Positions 29,197 through 38,244 of a DNA stretch of 64,000 bases are shown piece by piece. Where the stretch lies: the sequence record NC_070963.1; one strand, written 5' to 3'. Both the position numbers and the translations under genes were made by a program. The notes under the pieces were generated by a model that saw only the letters and a program-made list of their open reading frames with translations, was not told the origin of the DNA and made no database searches. Position 1 is the first letter of the stretch; each line of letters begins with the position of its first letter.

Positions 29197-30141
29197 ATGA
29201 GCAGTGATTTTATCTGGGTGGAGCGATATCGCCCAAAAACTATTGACGACTGTATTCTTCCTGATAATACTAAAAAAACTTTTAAGGAGTTTGTGGCAAA
29301 AGGTGAGATTCCAAATCTTCTTCTTGCTGGGCCTCCTGGTATTGGTAAGACAACCATTGCAAAAGCATTGTGTAATGAATTAGGAGCAGACTTCTATGTC
29401 ATCAACGGATCCGACGAAGGGCGTTTCTTGGATACTGTACGGAACCAAGCAAAGAACTTTGCTTCGACCGTATCACTTCAAGGAAATGGTAGGCACAAAG
29501 TCATTATTGTGGATGAGAGTGACAACACAACCGCAGATGTTCAACTCCTTTTGCGGGCGAATATTGAGACATTTTATAACAACTGTAGATTCATCTTTAC
29601 CTGCAATTACAAAAACAAAATCATTGAACCACTCCATTCCCGATGTGCAGTCATTGACTTCACAATCAAAGGGAAAGAAAAAACCAAGTTGGCGGGATCC
29701 TTTTTCAAGCGTTTACAGAACATCTTGGATGAGGAACGCATCGAATATGATCAAAAAGTCCTTGTTGAAATCATCTCTAAACATTTCCCCGACTTCAGGA
29801 GAGTCCTTAACGAGTGTCAAAGATATGCGGTGGGAGGCAAAATTGACTCAGGCATTCTTGCATCTTTCTCAGACATCTCTGTAGATGAGTTGATTAAATA
29901 TCTTAAAGAGAAAAACTTTACAGAAGTTCGAAAATGGGTTGTATCTAATTTAGATAATGATGCTAACCTGATTCTTCGTAGAGTGTATGATTCTTGTTAC
30001 AATCATTTGACTCCACAAACAATTCCTGCTGCAGTTCTTGTGATTGCAAAGTATCTTTATCAAAGCAGTTTTGTTGCTGATCAAGAAATTAATCTCCTAG
30101 CAGCATTAACTGAAATTATGGTGGATTGTGAGTTCAAATGA
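29197..30141 (+). CDS. gp44: Clamp loader large subunit
   Basis: WVERYRPKTI, GPPGIGKT, IVDESD, EPLHSRC. Confidence 0.95.
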   Translation: MSSDFIWVERYRPKTIDDCILPDNTKKTFKEFVAKGEIPNLLLAGPPGIGKTTIAKALCNELGADFYVINGSDEGRFLDTVRNQAKNFASTVSLQGNGRHKVIIVDESDNTTADVQLLLRANIETFYNNCRFIFTCNYKNKIIEPLHSRCAVIDFTIKGKEKTKLAGSFFKRLQNILDEERIEYDQKVLVEIISKHFPDFRRVLNECQRYAVGGKIDSGILASFSDISVDELIKYLKEKNFTEVRKWVVSNLDNDANLILRRVYDSCYNHLTPQTIPAAVLVIAKYLYQSSFVADQEINLLAALTEIMVDCEFK

Positions 30142-30347
30142 ATCCTTATAAAATTAAAAAGGTAGATCTTTATGATGTTCCAGTAAAAACAAATCCCGAA
30201 AATGTGCAAGAAGCAAATGAAGGTTTGTTTCGTGCTACACTAAATCTTCCTGCTGCCGCAAAGCATTGTGGTATGACGCAGAAAGAAATGAAACTTACTT
30301 TTCGTGAATATTTAAAGTATCATCCTATTGATTATGAACAGAATTGA
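30138..30347 (+). CDS. Small conserved hypothetical protein
   Basis: ORF track; NLPAAAKHCGMT...EMKLTF. Confidence 0.6.
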   Translation: MNPYKIKKVDLYDVPVKTNPENVQEANEGLFRATLNLPAAAKHCGMTQKEMKLTFREYLKYHPIDYEQN

Positions 30348-30921
30348 AATTATTAAAGATGAATCTCGTCTAGAGGTTTATTGTTATCGTACTTTTCTTG
30401 ATTTTGAGAATCCTAAAGTTCTTGATTTTTGGAAAAAAAATAGAAATAAAACAGATGCTGTTAGATCTGTTACTCGTCCATTTTATGATCTAGTTCATTC
30501 TCTTTCTGTTCCTTCTGGTTTTATTACTGAACGAGCATTAGAGAAAAAGAGAAATGACCCAACTTGGACACTCTGTAGGGATCATTGCTATTCCCCACAA
30601 TTCATTTATCAGATGCTCATGGATAATCATGAAGTTTATGTGAATGATTATGAAAAGTATTTTCAAATTTTTAAAATTGCTTGTACAACTATTGATATAT
30701 TGTCTGAGCAAAATAAGAGTCTATCACTTTTAACCTCAAATCGTAATGGTAAATATTGCGTTTATGTTCCAACTGATAAAAAATATCAATATCTTGACAT
30801 CAAATTGGTGAAAAGAAATTATGGTAGAATGTGGTATAAACTTCCGGCAGATTCTGTAAGTAACTATATTGATACTCCAAAAGAGTTGTTGGAATATGAA
30901 AAGAATTTTTTGATAGGTTAG
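30328..30921 (+). CDS. Hypothetical protein (197 aa)
   Basis: ORF track; overlaps upstream gene; RDHCYSPQ motif. Confidence 0.55.
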   Translation: MIMNRIEIIKDESRLEVYCYRTFLDFENPKVLDFWKKNRNKTDAVRSVTRPFYDLVHSLSVPSGFITERALEKKRNDPTWTLCRDHCYSPQFIYQMLMDNHEVYVNDYEKYFQIFKIACTTIDILSEQNKSLSLLTSNRNGKYCVYVPTDKKYQYLDIKLVKRNYGRMWYKLPADSVSNYIDTPKELLEYEKNFLIG

Positions 30922-30922
30922 T

Positions 30923-31981
30923 ATGTTATCGAACAATGACGCTATTTGGGCAGCAGATCAATTTATAAAGTATTATTCTAAGTTTAATCGGATTGATGAT
31001 TATCTTAGGTATGTAAAATCTAGCAGAATAACAAATTCTTTAGGAAAACTTTTTGGTCCGGAAGATGAAATATTTTCTGACTTTGATATGCATCCAAATG
31101 ATATGTCATTTTCTATTCATGAAGTTGATACTAGTCCCAAACCAAAATCTAAGTACAATCAAGATTTGTATGCTGAAATTCTAAATGAAACAGCGTCAAA
31201 TGCTATTGAAGAGGCAATTCCTGGTAGAACAATTAAATGGATAGTTACTGAAGATACAACCAAAAAAATTATTGGTGTTGTTAGATTTGGATCTCCAACA
31301 ATTAACTCTAAACCAAGAAATGAATATTTTGGTGAAGTTCTTCCACTATCAGTAATTAATAATGAATTTGTAATGGGATTCAATATTGTTCCTGTGCAAC
31401 CATTTGGATATAATTATCTTGGTGGAAAACTTCTTGCTCTTTTAGCATCTTCTGATAAGTTAAGAAGAGATTTTGATAACAAATATGGTACAGATTTAAA
31501 ATACTTTGAAACAACTTCATTATATGGAACTACAAAAGGTGTATCCATGTACGATGGATTAAAACCTTATATTAGACATATTGGTGATACTGAAAGTAAA
31601 TTTTTACCATTGTTTCATGACGATTACTTTAGAGATTTATTTTGGTGGTTCAACAATAATGCTAATGGTGGTGAGAGATTAATTTCTGCCGATAAATCCT
31701 CAAAGAAGTTAAAGATACAGACTAAAATGATTTCAATTATTCGCAATTCTCTAAAGGATATGGATAAGTTGAAAGAGTTTAATAAATGTATTGAACACGC
31801 TAAATCTTTAACTGAAAAGAAAAGATACTATATTTCAAGGTTCGGATATGAACCTGAAGAAGTTATTAGTTGGTGGAAAATAAAAGCAACCAAAAGATAT
31901 GAAAAACTAAAAATTGAAGGTAACTTGAGAACTGAACTTGAATTATGGAAACATGGATCTGATTTGGAAATTATTAGATGA
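30923..31981 (+). CDS. DUF4338/DruA-like protein
   Basis: VPVQPFGYNYLGGKLLALLASS and ETTSLYG...SMYDGL resemble DUF4338 motifs (recalled, not searched). Confidence 0.55.
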   Translation: MLSNNDAIWAADQFIKYYSKFNRIDDYLRYVKSSRITNSLGKLFGPEDEIFSDFDMHPNDMSFSIHEVDTSPKPKSKYNQDLYAEILNETASNAIEEAIPGRTIKWIVTEDTTKKIIGVVRFGSPTINSKPRNEYFGEVLPLSVINNEFVMGFNIVPVQPFGYNYLGGKLLALLASSDKLRRDFDNKYGTDLKYFETTSLYGTTKGVSMYDGLKPYIRHIGDTESKFLPLFHDDYFRDLFWWFNNNANGGERLISADKSSKKLKIQTKMISIIRNSLKDMDKLKEFNKCIEHAKSLTEKKRYYISRFGYEPEEVISWWKIKATKRYEKLKIEGNLRTELELWKHGSDLEIIR

Positions 31982-32364
31982 CACTTGAATTAAAAAATTG
32001 GTTAAACTCTATCAATCAAACAAAGAAAAATCTTATTGATGAAGATCCATCTCTTGAAAAAGAGTATGCTCCTTATATTATAAATCGTTGTCTTTCTGGG
32101 GAGATTGATTGTATTTTATTTGCTAATGAAATGAATCAATATCATTTTCTTTCCAAAAAGATGCAATATGATTTTTTGCTAAATAGTCTGAGGAAAAAGA
32201 AGAGGTATTCTCCCTGGATCCGACAAGATAAAATCAAAGATCTTGATTATGTCAAACGTTATTATGGTTATAGTAATGAAAAGGCAAAACAGGCTTTGAG
32301 GATTCTTTCAAAAGAACAACTTACTTTTATAAAATCTAAATTTGAAACTGGAGGAAAACAATGA
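31978..32364 (+). CDS. gp62: Clamp loader small subunit
   Basis: YAPYIINRCLS, MQYDFLLNSLRKKKRYSPW, YYGYSNEKA. Confidence 0.92.
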   Translation: MTLELKNWLNSINQTKKNLIDEDPSLEKEYAPYIINRCLSGEIDCILFANEMNQYHFLSKKMQYDFLLNSLRKKKRYSPWIRQDKIKDLDYVKRYYGYSNEKAKQALRILSKEQLTFIKSKFETGGKQ

Positions 32365-32801
32365 GCGTCGTTCAAGAACCTATTGTAAACTGGACGCCTA
32401 ATATGATGGTTGAAGTTTTGTTGAATGAGCCTGATGACTTTTTGAAAGTTCGTGAGACTTTGACTCGTATCGGGGTTGCTTCGAGAAAGGAAAAGAAAAT
32501 CTATCAATCTTGCCACATTCTTCATAAGCAAGGTAAATATTTTATTGTCCACTTTAAAGAACTTTTTGCTCTGGATGGTAAACATGCTAACTTAACTGTA
32601 AATGATGTTCAGCGTCGTAATCGCATTGCTCAACTAATTGCAGATTGGGGTTTAATTGCGATTGTAGATACTAGTAAAATTCAAGACATTGCTCCTTTGA
32701 ATCAAATTAAAGTTCTTTCTTATAAGGATAAAGGAGATTGGATTCTGGAAACTAAGTATAATATTGGTGCTAAAAAGAAAAAGGTAGAGGATGGTGAGTG
32801 A
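32361..32801 (+). CDS. regA: Translational repressor RegA
   Basis: DDFLKVRETLTRIG, QSCHILHKQGKYFIVHFKELFALDG. Confidence 0.96.
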   Translation: MSVVQEPIVNWTPNMMVEVLLNEPDDFLKVRETLTRIGVASRKEKKIYQSCHILHKQGKYFIVHFKELFALDGKHANLTVNDVQRRNRIAQLIADWGLIAIVDTSKIQDIAPLNQIKVLSYKDKGDWILETKYNIGAKKKKVEDGE

Positions 32802-33046
32802 TGGCTTCTGGAAGTTTTCAATTTCGTTACAATCATAGTAACGAAAATGCTGCTTGGCATACAAATCCTAATACTAAATTTGCTTTACCTGAAGAAGATG
32901 TAGATATTAGATGTGATGATCCATATCTAAATGAAACTCAATTTTTAGAAATGGTAAGAAGATTTTTCATTGCTTGTGGGTATACTGAAAAGCAATGGAA
33001 GAGTGCATTGACTGCTCATCTTAAAGAAGCAGTAGATACCGAATAA
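32801..33046 (+). CDS. Hypothetical protein
   Basis: ORF track, follows regA. Confidence 0.55.
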   Translation: MASGSFQFRYNHSNENAAWHTNPNTKFALPEEDVDIRCDDPYLNETQFLEMVRRFFIACGYTEKQWKSALTAHLKEAVDTE

Positions 33047-33052
33047 AAAGGT

Positions 33053-33077
33053 GGGGAGTTCAACACTCCCCTTTTTT
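33053..33077 (+). terminator. Intrinsic terminator
   Basis: GGGGAGT-TCAAC-ACTCCCC then T6. Confidence 0.85.
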
Positions 33078-33154
33078 ATGCTTTTGATATAAATTATATA
33101 CGGATGCCGAAAGGGTTCACAAAACACAAACTCGCTTTTAAAGGAGATGCTAAA

Positions 33155-33589
33155 ATGACTAACCTTACAAGGTATACTGCTGCGGATCTTCCTGCCTTAA
33201 TGGAAAGAATTACACGCAATAGTATTGGAATGGATGAATATTTTGATCGTCTGTTTAATCTTCACGAAACAACTTCTAACTATCCCCCATATAATCTTGT
33301 TCAAGTCAGCAATGTTGAGTCTCGTTTAGAGATTGCACTTGCAGGATTTAAGAAGTCTGAAGTTAATGTTTTTACTGAATATGGGAAACTTTTTGTAGAG
33401 GGTCAAAAAGAAGACAAAGAAACTGATACTCAATATGTTCACAAAGGTCTTGCTCAAAGAAGTTTCAAGAGAGCGTGGACAATTGCAGATGATACTGAAG
33501 TGAAAGATGTAGTTTTTGAAGATGGTTTGCTTTCAATTGAATTGAGAAAGATTATTCCTCAACACCATCAGCGTAAGGACTATCTCTAA
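33155..33589 (+). CDS. hsp20: Small heat-shock protein (Hsp20)
   Basis: NYPPYNL, ALAGF, HKGLAQRSF, FEDGLLSI; SD AAGGAG supports the 33155 start. Confidence 0.93.
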   Translation: MTNLTRYTAADLPALMERITRNSIGMDEYFDRLFNLHETTSNYPPYNLVQVSNVESRLEIALAGFKKSEVNVFTEYGKLFVEGQKEDKETDTQYVHKGLAQRSFKRAWTIADDTEVKDVVFEDGLLSIELRKIIPQHHQRKDYL

Positions 33590-33605
33590 ATAAAAATAAA
33601 ACCAA

Positions 33606-33785
33606 ATGAAAACCTTCCAGCAATTCATGGAAAAGGTGGGGGATTTTGGAAATCCTCCATTACCAACCAAAGAAAACTGTTATGGCAGAACTGTAAAGTA
33701 TGCTATGGCACCAAAGAAAAAAGTATGTGCTTTGGATACTGATAGTGGTTCTGGTGGGTCTTCTGGTGATTGTGGTGGGGACTAA
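33606..33785 (+). CDS. Small protein (59 aa) with CTS-like N-terminus (MKTFQQFME)
   Basis: Manual translation; CTAAATA at 33586-33592. Confidence 0.6.
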   Translation: MKTFQQFMEKVGDFGNPPLPTKENCYGRTVKYAMAPKKKVCALDTDSGSGGSSGDCGGD

Positions 33786-33832
33786 ATACAATTGAATATC
33801 GTCGCCGCAGGGAGGTAACTGGCACAATCCAG

Positions 33833-33861
33833 TTGACACCTCCCCTTTTTTTGAGTATAAT
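33833..33861 (+). promoter_or_regulatory. Sigma70-type promoter (TTGACA-N17-TATAAT) embedded in terminator hairpin
   Basis: Perfect consensus; hairpin GGAGGT-AACTGG...CCAGTT-GACACCTCC plus T-run. Confidence 0.88.
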
Positions 33862-33883
33862 GTGTTGAAGGAGAGAGATAAAA

Positions 33884-34192
33884 ATGTCGATTAAACTTGC
33901 CCTATTAAAATCTGGTGAGACAATTATTTCTGATGTTAAGGAAATTGTTTCTGATGAAAAACCTTGTGGATACATTTTTAATAAACCATATAAGGTCCTT
34001 ACAGAAAGGTCTATTCTTTTGACTGAAGATGTAGATTATGATGCTAAAATTGAAGTATCTTTGTCGTCTTGGATTCTTTTGACGCAAGACGAACAGATTT
34101 TAGTTCCGTTAGATTGGGTAGTAACGATTGTTGAACCACTCAATTCAGTTAAAAATCTTTATGAGGAAAGAGTAAATGGAAAAAACAGTTAA
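33884..34192 (+). CDS. Conserved hypothetical protein
   Basis: MSIKLALLKSGETII; SD GGAG upstream. Confidence 0.65.
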   Translation: MSIKLALLKSGETIISDVKEIVSDEKPCGYIFNKPYKVLTERSILLTEDVDYDAKIEVSLSSWILLTQDEQILVPLDWVVTIVEPLNSVKNLYEERVNGKNS

Positions 34193-34430
34193 GTGCCTTT
34201 TGTTAAAGGTTGATAATGTAATTGTTACAGAGATTGTTGAGGTTGGTTCTGAACTTGGGGAACCAGATTGTAAACTGATTAATCCTTATCAAATCGACGC
34301 TGAAGGAAACTTAACTCCTTGGCCTGATGTGACCGATCAAACCGAAATGATGATTCACTCTGATAGTATCCTTACAATTGTAGATCCAAAAGAAGAAATT
34401 ATTGAAAAGTATCTTGAATTAACTGCCTGA
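34176..34430 (+). CDS. Conserved hypothetical protein
   Basis: ORF track; GEPDCKLINPY. Confidence 0.6.
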   Translation: MEKTVKCLLLKVDNVIVTEIVEVGSELGEPDCKLINPYQIDAEGNLTPWPDVTDQTEMMIHSDSILTIVDPKEEIIEKYLELTA

Positions 34431-36931
34431 TGAGATTTTATACCAACGTGCAGATGGTCGGGGATTACTTCTTGGTTCGTGGTTATGAAAATGGCAAACA
34501 TTTTATGACACGTGAGAAGTTTTACCCGACTCTTTTTGTCCCTTCAAAAAAGAAAACTAAATACCAAACTTTAACTGGTGAGTATGTAGAAGAAGTTAAT
34601 CCTGGAACTGTAAGGGAATGTCGTGATTTTGTTAAAAGGTATGATGGTGTAGAAAACTTCAAGATTTATGGAAACACTGGATACATCTATCAATATATCT
34701 CTGAAATGTATCCGGAAGAGGAGTTAAAATTTGATATTAGTAAAATCAAAGTCACAACTCTTGATATTGAGGTTGCTTCTGAAAATGGATTCCCTGATGT
34801 AGAATCTGCCGCCGAAGAAGTTCTTTTGATTACAATTCAAGATTATGCTTCAAAGCAAATTCGCACTTGGGGAGTTGGTCCTTTTCAAAACAAGCAAAAA
34901 AATGTGATGTATAAATCTTTTGCAACTGAAAGGGATTTGCTAAATGATTTTATCGCTTGGTGGATGACTGAGGATAATACTCCAGAGGTTGTAACTGGAT
35001 GGAATATTGAATTATATGATATTCCATATCTTATCCGTCGCCTTGATAGAATTCTTGGTGAAAAACTAATGAAGCGTATGTCTCCTTGGGGTCTTGTGAC
35101 TGAAAGTGAGATTTATATTTCTGGCCGCAAACACATTTCTTATGATGTTGGTGGAATTACTCAACTTGATTATCTGAACCTTTATAAAAAATTTACTTAT
35201 AAGGCACAAGAATCTTATCGTCTAGATTATATTGCAAATGTTGAACTGGGTCAGAAAAAACTTGACCACTCTGAATTTGACACTTTCAAGGACTTTTATA
35301 CTAAAGGTTGGCAAAAGTTTGTAGAGTATAACATCATTGACGTGGAACTTGTTGACCGTTTGGAAGACAAGATGAAACTGATTGAACTTGCTATTACGAT
35401 GGCATATGACGCAAAGGCAAATTATGCTGATGTGTTTTCTCAAGTTCGGATGTGGGATACAATTATCTACAACTATCTGAAAAAGAGGAACATTGTCATT
35501 CCTCCTAAAGAACGGTCTGATAAAGATTCCAAATATGCTGGTGCTTATGTAAAAGAACCAATTCCGGGAATGTATGATTGGGTTGTGTCTTTTGACCTTA
35601 ACAGTCTATATCCACACTTGATTATGCAGTTTAATGTAAGTCCCGAAACTCTTATAGATGATAGACATCCTACAGTCACAGTTGATAAGATTCTGAATCA
35701 AGAATTGACATTTGAACTTTATAAGGATTATGCGGTATGTGCTAATGGTGCAATGTATCGTAAAGATGTTCGTGGATTTCTTCCAGAACTAATGGATAAG
35801 ATTTATAAAGATCGCACCATTTATAAAAAGAAAATGCTTGCAGCAAAGCAACAGTATGAAAAAACTCCAACAAAAGAATTGGAGAAAGAAATTGCTCGCT
35901 GCAACAATATTCAAATGGCACGAAAAATTCAACTTAACTCTGCTTATGGTGCTATTGGCAATCAATATTTCCGTTACTATAAACTAGCAAATGCAGAAGC
36001 AATTACTCTTTCGGGACAGGTTGCAATTCGTTGGATTGAAAATAAACTCAATCAATATTTGAATAAAGTTCTAAAAACTAAAGAGGTAGATTATGTTATT
36101 GCTTCTGATACCGACTCTGTTTATCTCAATATGGGCCCTTTGGTTGAAACTGTATACAAGGGAAGAGAGAAAACTACTGAAGGCATTGTCACATTCCTTG
36201 ATAAGGTCTGTAAAGTGGAACTTGAAAAGTATATTGAAGGTTGCTACCAAGAACTGGCTGAGTATGTGAATGCTTATGACCAGAAGATGCAGATGAAGCG
36301 TGAGAACATTGCCGAACGTGGAATCTGGACTGCCAAGAAGCGTTATATTCTTAATGTATGGGATAGTGAAGGTGTTCGCTATGAAGAACCCAAACTTAAG
36401 ATGATGGGCATTGAGGCAGTTAAGTCATCAACTCCAGCACCTTGTCGAAAGATGATTAAAGATGGTCTTAAGTTGATGATGAGTGGAACAGAGGATGACG
36501 TAATTAATTTTATAGACAAATGTCGTGAAGAATTCAAGTCTCTTCCACCAGAACAGATTGCCTTTCCAAGAACTGCTTCTGATGTGCGTAAGTATCATTC
36601 TCATTCAACAATTTACGCTTCAAAAACTCCTATTCATATTCGTGGAGCACTTCTCTTTAATCATTATGTAAAAGAAAAGAAACTTACAAATAAGTATTCA
36701 TTAATTGCTAATGGTGAAAAGATTAAGTTTGTGTATTTGAAAAAACCAAATACAATTCAAGAAAATATTATTTCTTTCATTCAAGATTTTCCAAAAGAAC
36801 TTGGTCTTGACAAATACATAGACTATGACCTACAATTTGAAAAGAGTTTTATTGACCCACTTAAGTCAATTCTTGATTCGATTGGATGGAGAGTGGAAAA
36901 AACAACAAGTCTTGATTCATTTTTTATATGA
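34430..36931 (+). CDS. gp43: Family B DNA polymerase
   Basis: Exonuclease DIE, GWNIELYD; polymerase DLNSLYPH, KIQLNSAYG, SDTDS, KKRY; uninterrupted. Confidence 0.98.
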   Translation: MRFYTNVQMVGDYFLVRGYENGKHFMTREKFYPTLFVPSKKKTKYQTLTGEYVEEVNPGTVRECRDFVKRYDGVENFKIYGNTGYIYQYISEMYPEEELKFDISKIKVTTLDIEVASENGFPDVESAAEEVLLITIQDYASKQIRTWGVGPFQNKQKNVMYKSFATERDLLNDFIAWWMTEDNTPEVVTGWNIELYDIPYLIRRLDRILGEKLMKRMSPWGLVTESEIYISGRKHISYDVGGITQLDYLNLYKKFTYKAQESYRLDYIANVELGQKKLDHSEFDTFKDFYTKGWQKFVEYNIIDVELVDRLEDKMKLIELAITMAYDAKANYADVFSQVRMWDTIIYNYLKKRNIVIPPKERSDKDSKYAGAYVKEPIPGMYDWVVSFDLNSLYPHLIMQFNVSPETLIDDRHPTVTVDKILNQELTFELYKDYAVCANGAMYRKDVRGFLPELMDKIYKDRTIYKKKMLAAKQQYEKTPTKELEKEIARCNNIQMARKIQLNSAYGAIGNQYFRYYKLANAEAITLSGQVAIRWIENKLNQYLNKVLKTKEVDYVIASDTDSVYLNMGPLVETVYKGREKTTEGIVTFLDKVCKVELEKYIEGCYQELAEYVNAYDQKMQMKRENIAERGIWTAKKRYILNVWDSEGVRYEEPKLKMMGIEAVKSSTPAPCRKMIKDGLKLMMSGTEDDVINFIDKCREEFKSLPPEQIAFPRTASDVRKYHSHSTIYASKTPIHIRGALLFNHYVKEKKLTNKYSLIANGEKIKFVYLKKPNTIQENIISFIQDFPKELGLDKYIDYDLQFEKSFIDPLKSILDSIGWRVEKTTSLDSFFI

Positions 36932-37047
36932 TGAACCTACCGATTACTGAACGTGAATTTGAAAAAATTCTCGAATTACTTAAAAAAACTGATGAAAAGC
37001 AGTTATATAATAAATTATGGTCTTTTAATTTTAACAGGAACAAATAA
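36928..37047 (+). CDS. Small hypothetical protein (39 aa)
   Basis: Manual translation MMNLPITEREFEKILELLKKTDEKQLYNKLWSFNFNRNK; ATGA overlap with gp43. Confidence 0.5.
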   Translation: MMNLPITEREFEKILELLKKTDEKQLYNKLWSFNFNRNK

Positions 37048-37048
37048 C

Positions 37049-37221
37049 TATGGACTTTCTTAAGGAAACTAATGATACAATGATTAAGGTAAAATATAAA
37101 TTTAAAGAGTATCCAAATTCAACACTCTCTAAGTTATTTAAAACTGAAGAACAGGTAGAGATTTTTAAATGTCAAAATTCACATTATATTTTTGAGTGAT
37201 TTATGGACTTTCTTAAGGAAA
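37049..37221 (+). repeat. 20-bp direct repeat TATGGACTTTCTTAAGGAAA (37049-37068 and 37202-37221)
   Basis: Exact match read from the sequence. Confidence 0.9.
37050..37199 (+). CDS. Small hypothetical protein (49 aa) starting with a copy of the uvsX 5' end
   Basis: Manual translation MDFLKETNDTMIKVKYKFKEYPNSTLSKLFKTEEQVEIFKCQNSHYIFE. Confidence 0.5.
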   Translation: MDFLKETNDTMIKVKYKFKEYPNSTLSKLFKTEEQVEIFKCQNSHYIFE

Positions 37222-38213
37222 TTGTAAAAGAAGTTGGTGGTGAATACACTCAACTTGCTGCTGACATTGATGAGACTGAAAAGTATGTTGATACGGGTTC
37301 ATATATTTTTAACGCACTGGTTTCAGGTAGCATATTTGGTGGTGTATCTGGGAATAAGATTACTGCTATTGCTGGAGAGTCTTCTACTGGAAAGACTTTT
37401 TTCTCTCTCGCCGTGGTTAAGAACTTTCTTGATACTCATCCCGATGGTTACTGTCTCTACTTTGACACTGAGGCTGCTATCACTAAATCTCTATTAGAAA
37501 GTCGTGGTGTTGATATTAATCGCACTGTTGTTGTAAATGTAGTAACCATTGAAGAGTTTCGTGGAAAAGCACTCAAGGCAGTAGACTTGTACATGAAAAA
37601 ACCTGCTGAAGATCGCAAACCTTGTATGTTTGTGCTAGACTCTTTGGGGATGCTCTCAACCGAAAAGGAAATCACAGATGCACTAAACGATAAACAAGTT
37701 CGGGATATGACCAAATCTCAACTGGTCAAAGGTGCTTTTCGTATGCTTACTCTTAAGTTGGGGCAGGCAAATATTCCAATGATTGTTACCAACCATGTAT
37801 ATCAAGTTATTGGATCTTATGTTCCAACACAGGAAATGGGTGGAGGTAGTGGTCTTAAGTATGCCGCTTCTACTATTATTAGTCTTGGTAAAAAGAAAGA
37901 AAAGGATGGAACAGAAGTGGTTGGAAACATTATCAAAGCAAAGAGTCTTAAGTCGCGTTTAAGTAAAGAAAATCAAGAAGTTGAAGTTCGTCTTTATTAT
38001 GATGAAAGAGGTCTAGACCGATATTATGGTCTTCTAGAACTTGGTGAGATTGGCGGACTCTGGAAGAATGTAGCAGGTCGTTACGAAATTAACGGAAAGA
38101 AAATCTATGGAAAAGAGATTCTTAAAAATCCGGAGGAATATTTTACTGATGAAGTTATGGAAAAACTTGATGAGATTGCCCGACAAGAGTTTTCTTATGG
38201 ATCTAAAAAATAA
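37203..38213 (+). CDS. uvsX: RecA-like recombinase
   Basis: AGESSTGKT, YFDTEAAI, VLDSLGML, MGGGSGLKYAAS. Confidence 0.95.
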   Translation: MDFLKEIVKEVGGEYTQLAADIDETEKYVDTGSYIFNALVSGSIFGGVSGNKITAIAGESSTGKTFFSLAVVKNFLDTHPDGYCLYFDTEAAITKSLLESRGVDINRTVVVNVVTIEEFRGKALKAVDLYMKKPAEDRKPCMFVLDSLGMLSTEKEITDALNDKQVRDMTKSQLVKGAFRMLTLKLGQANIPMIVTNHVYQVIGSYVPTQEMGGGSGLKYAASTIISLGKKKEKDGTEVVGNIIKAKSLKSRLSKENQEVEVRLYYDERGLDRYYGLLELGEIGGLWKNVAGRYEINGKKIYGKEILKNPEEYFTDEVMEKLDEIARQEFSYGSKK

Positions 38214-38221
38214 TATAAATA
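38214..38221 (+). promoter_or_regulatory. T4-type late promoter TATAAATA
   Basis: Exact consensus upstream of the HNH ORF. Confidence 0.7.
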
Positions 38222-38244
38222 AGTATGGTTAGTAACCATACTTT

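Noticed and set aside
33104-33154. Upstream start of Hsp20 given by the ORF track
   Set aside because: It lies in a hairpin leader; the SD AAGGAG points to ATG 33155. Likewise 22674 vs 22701 for the CobT-like gene.
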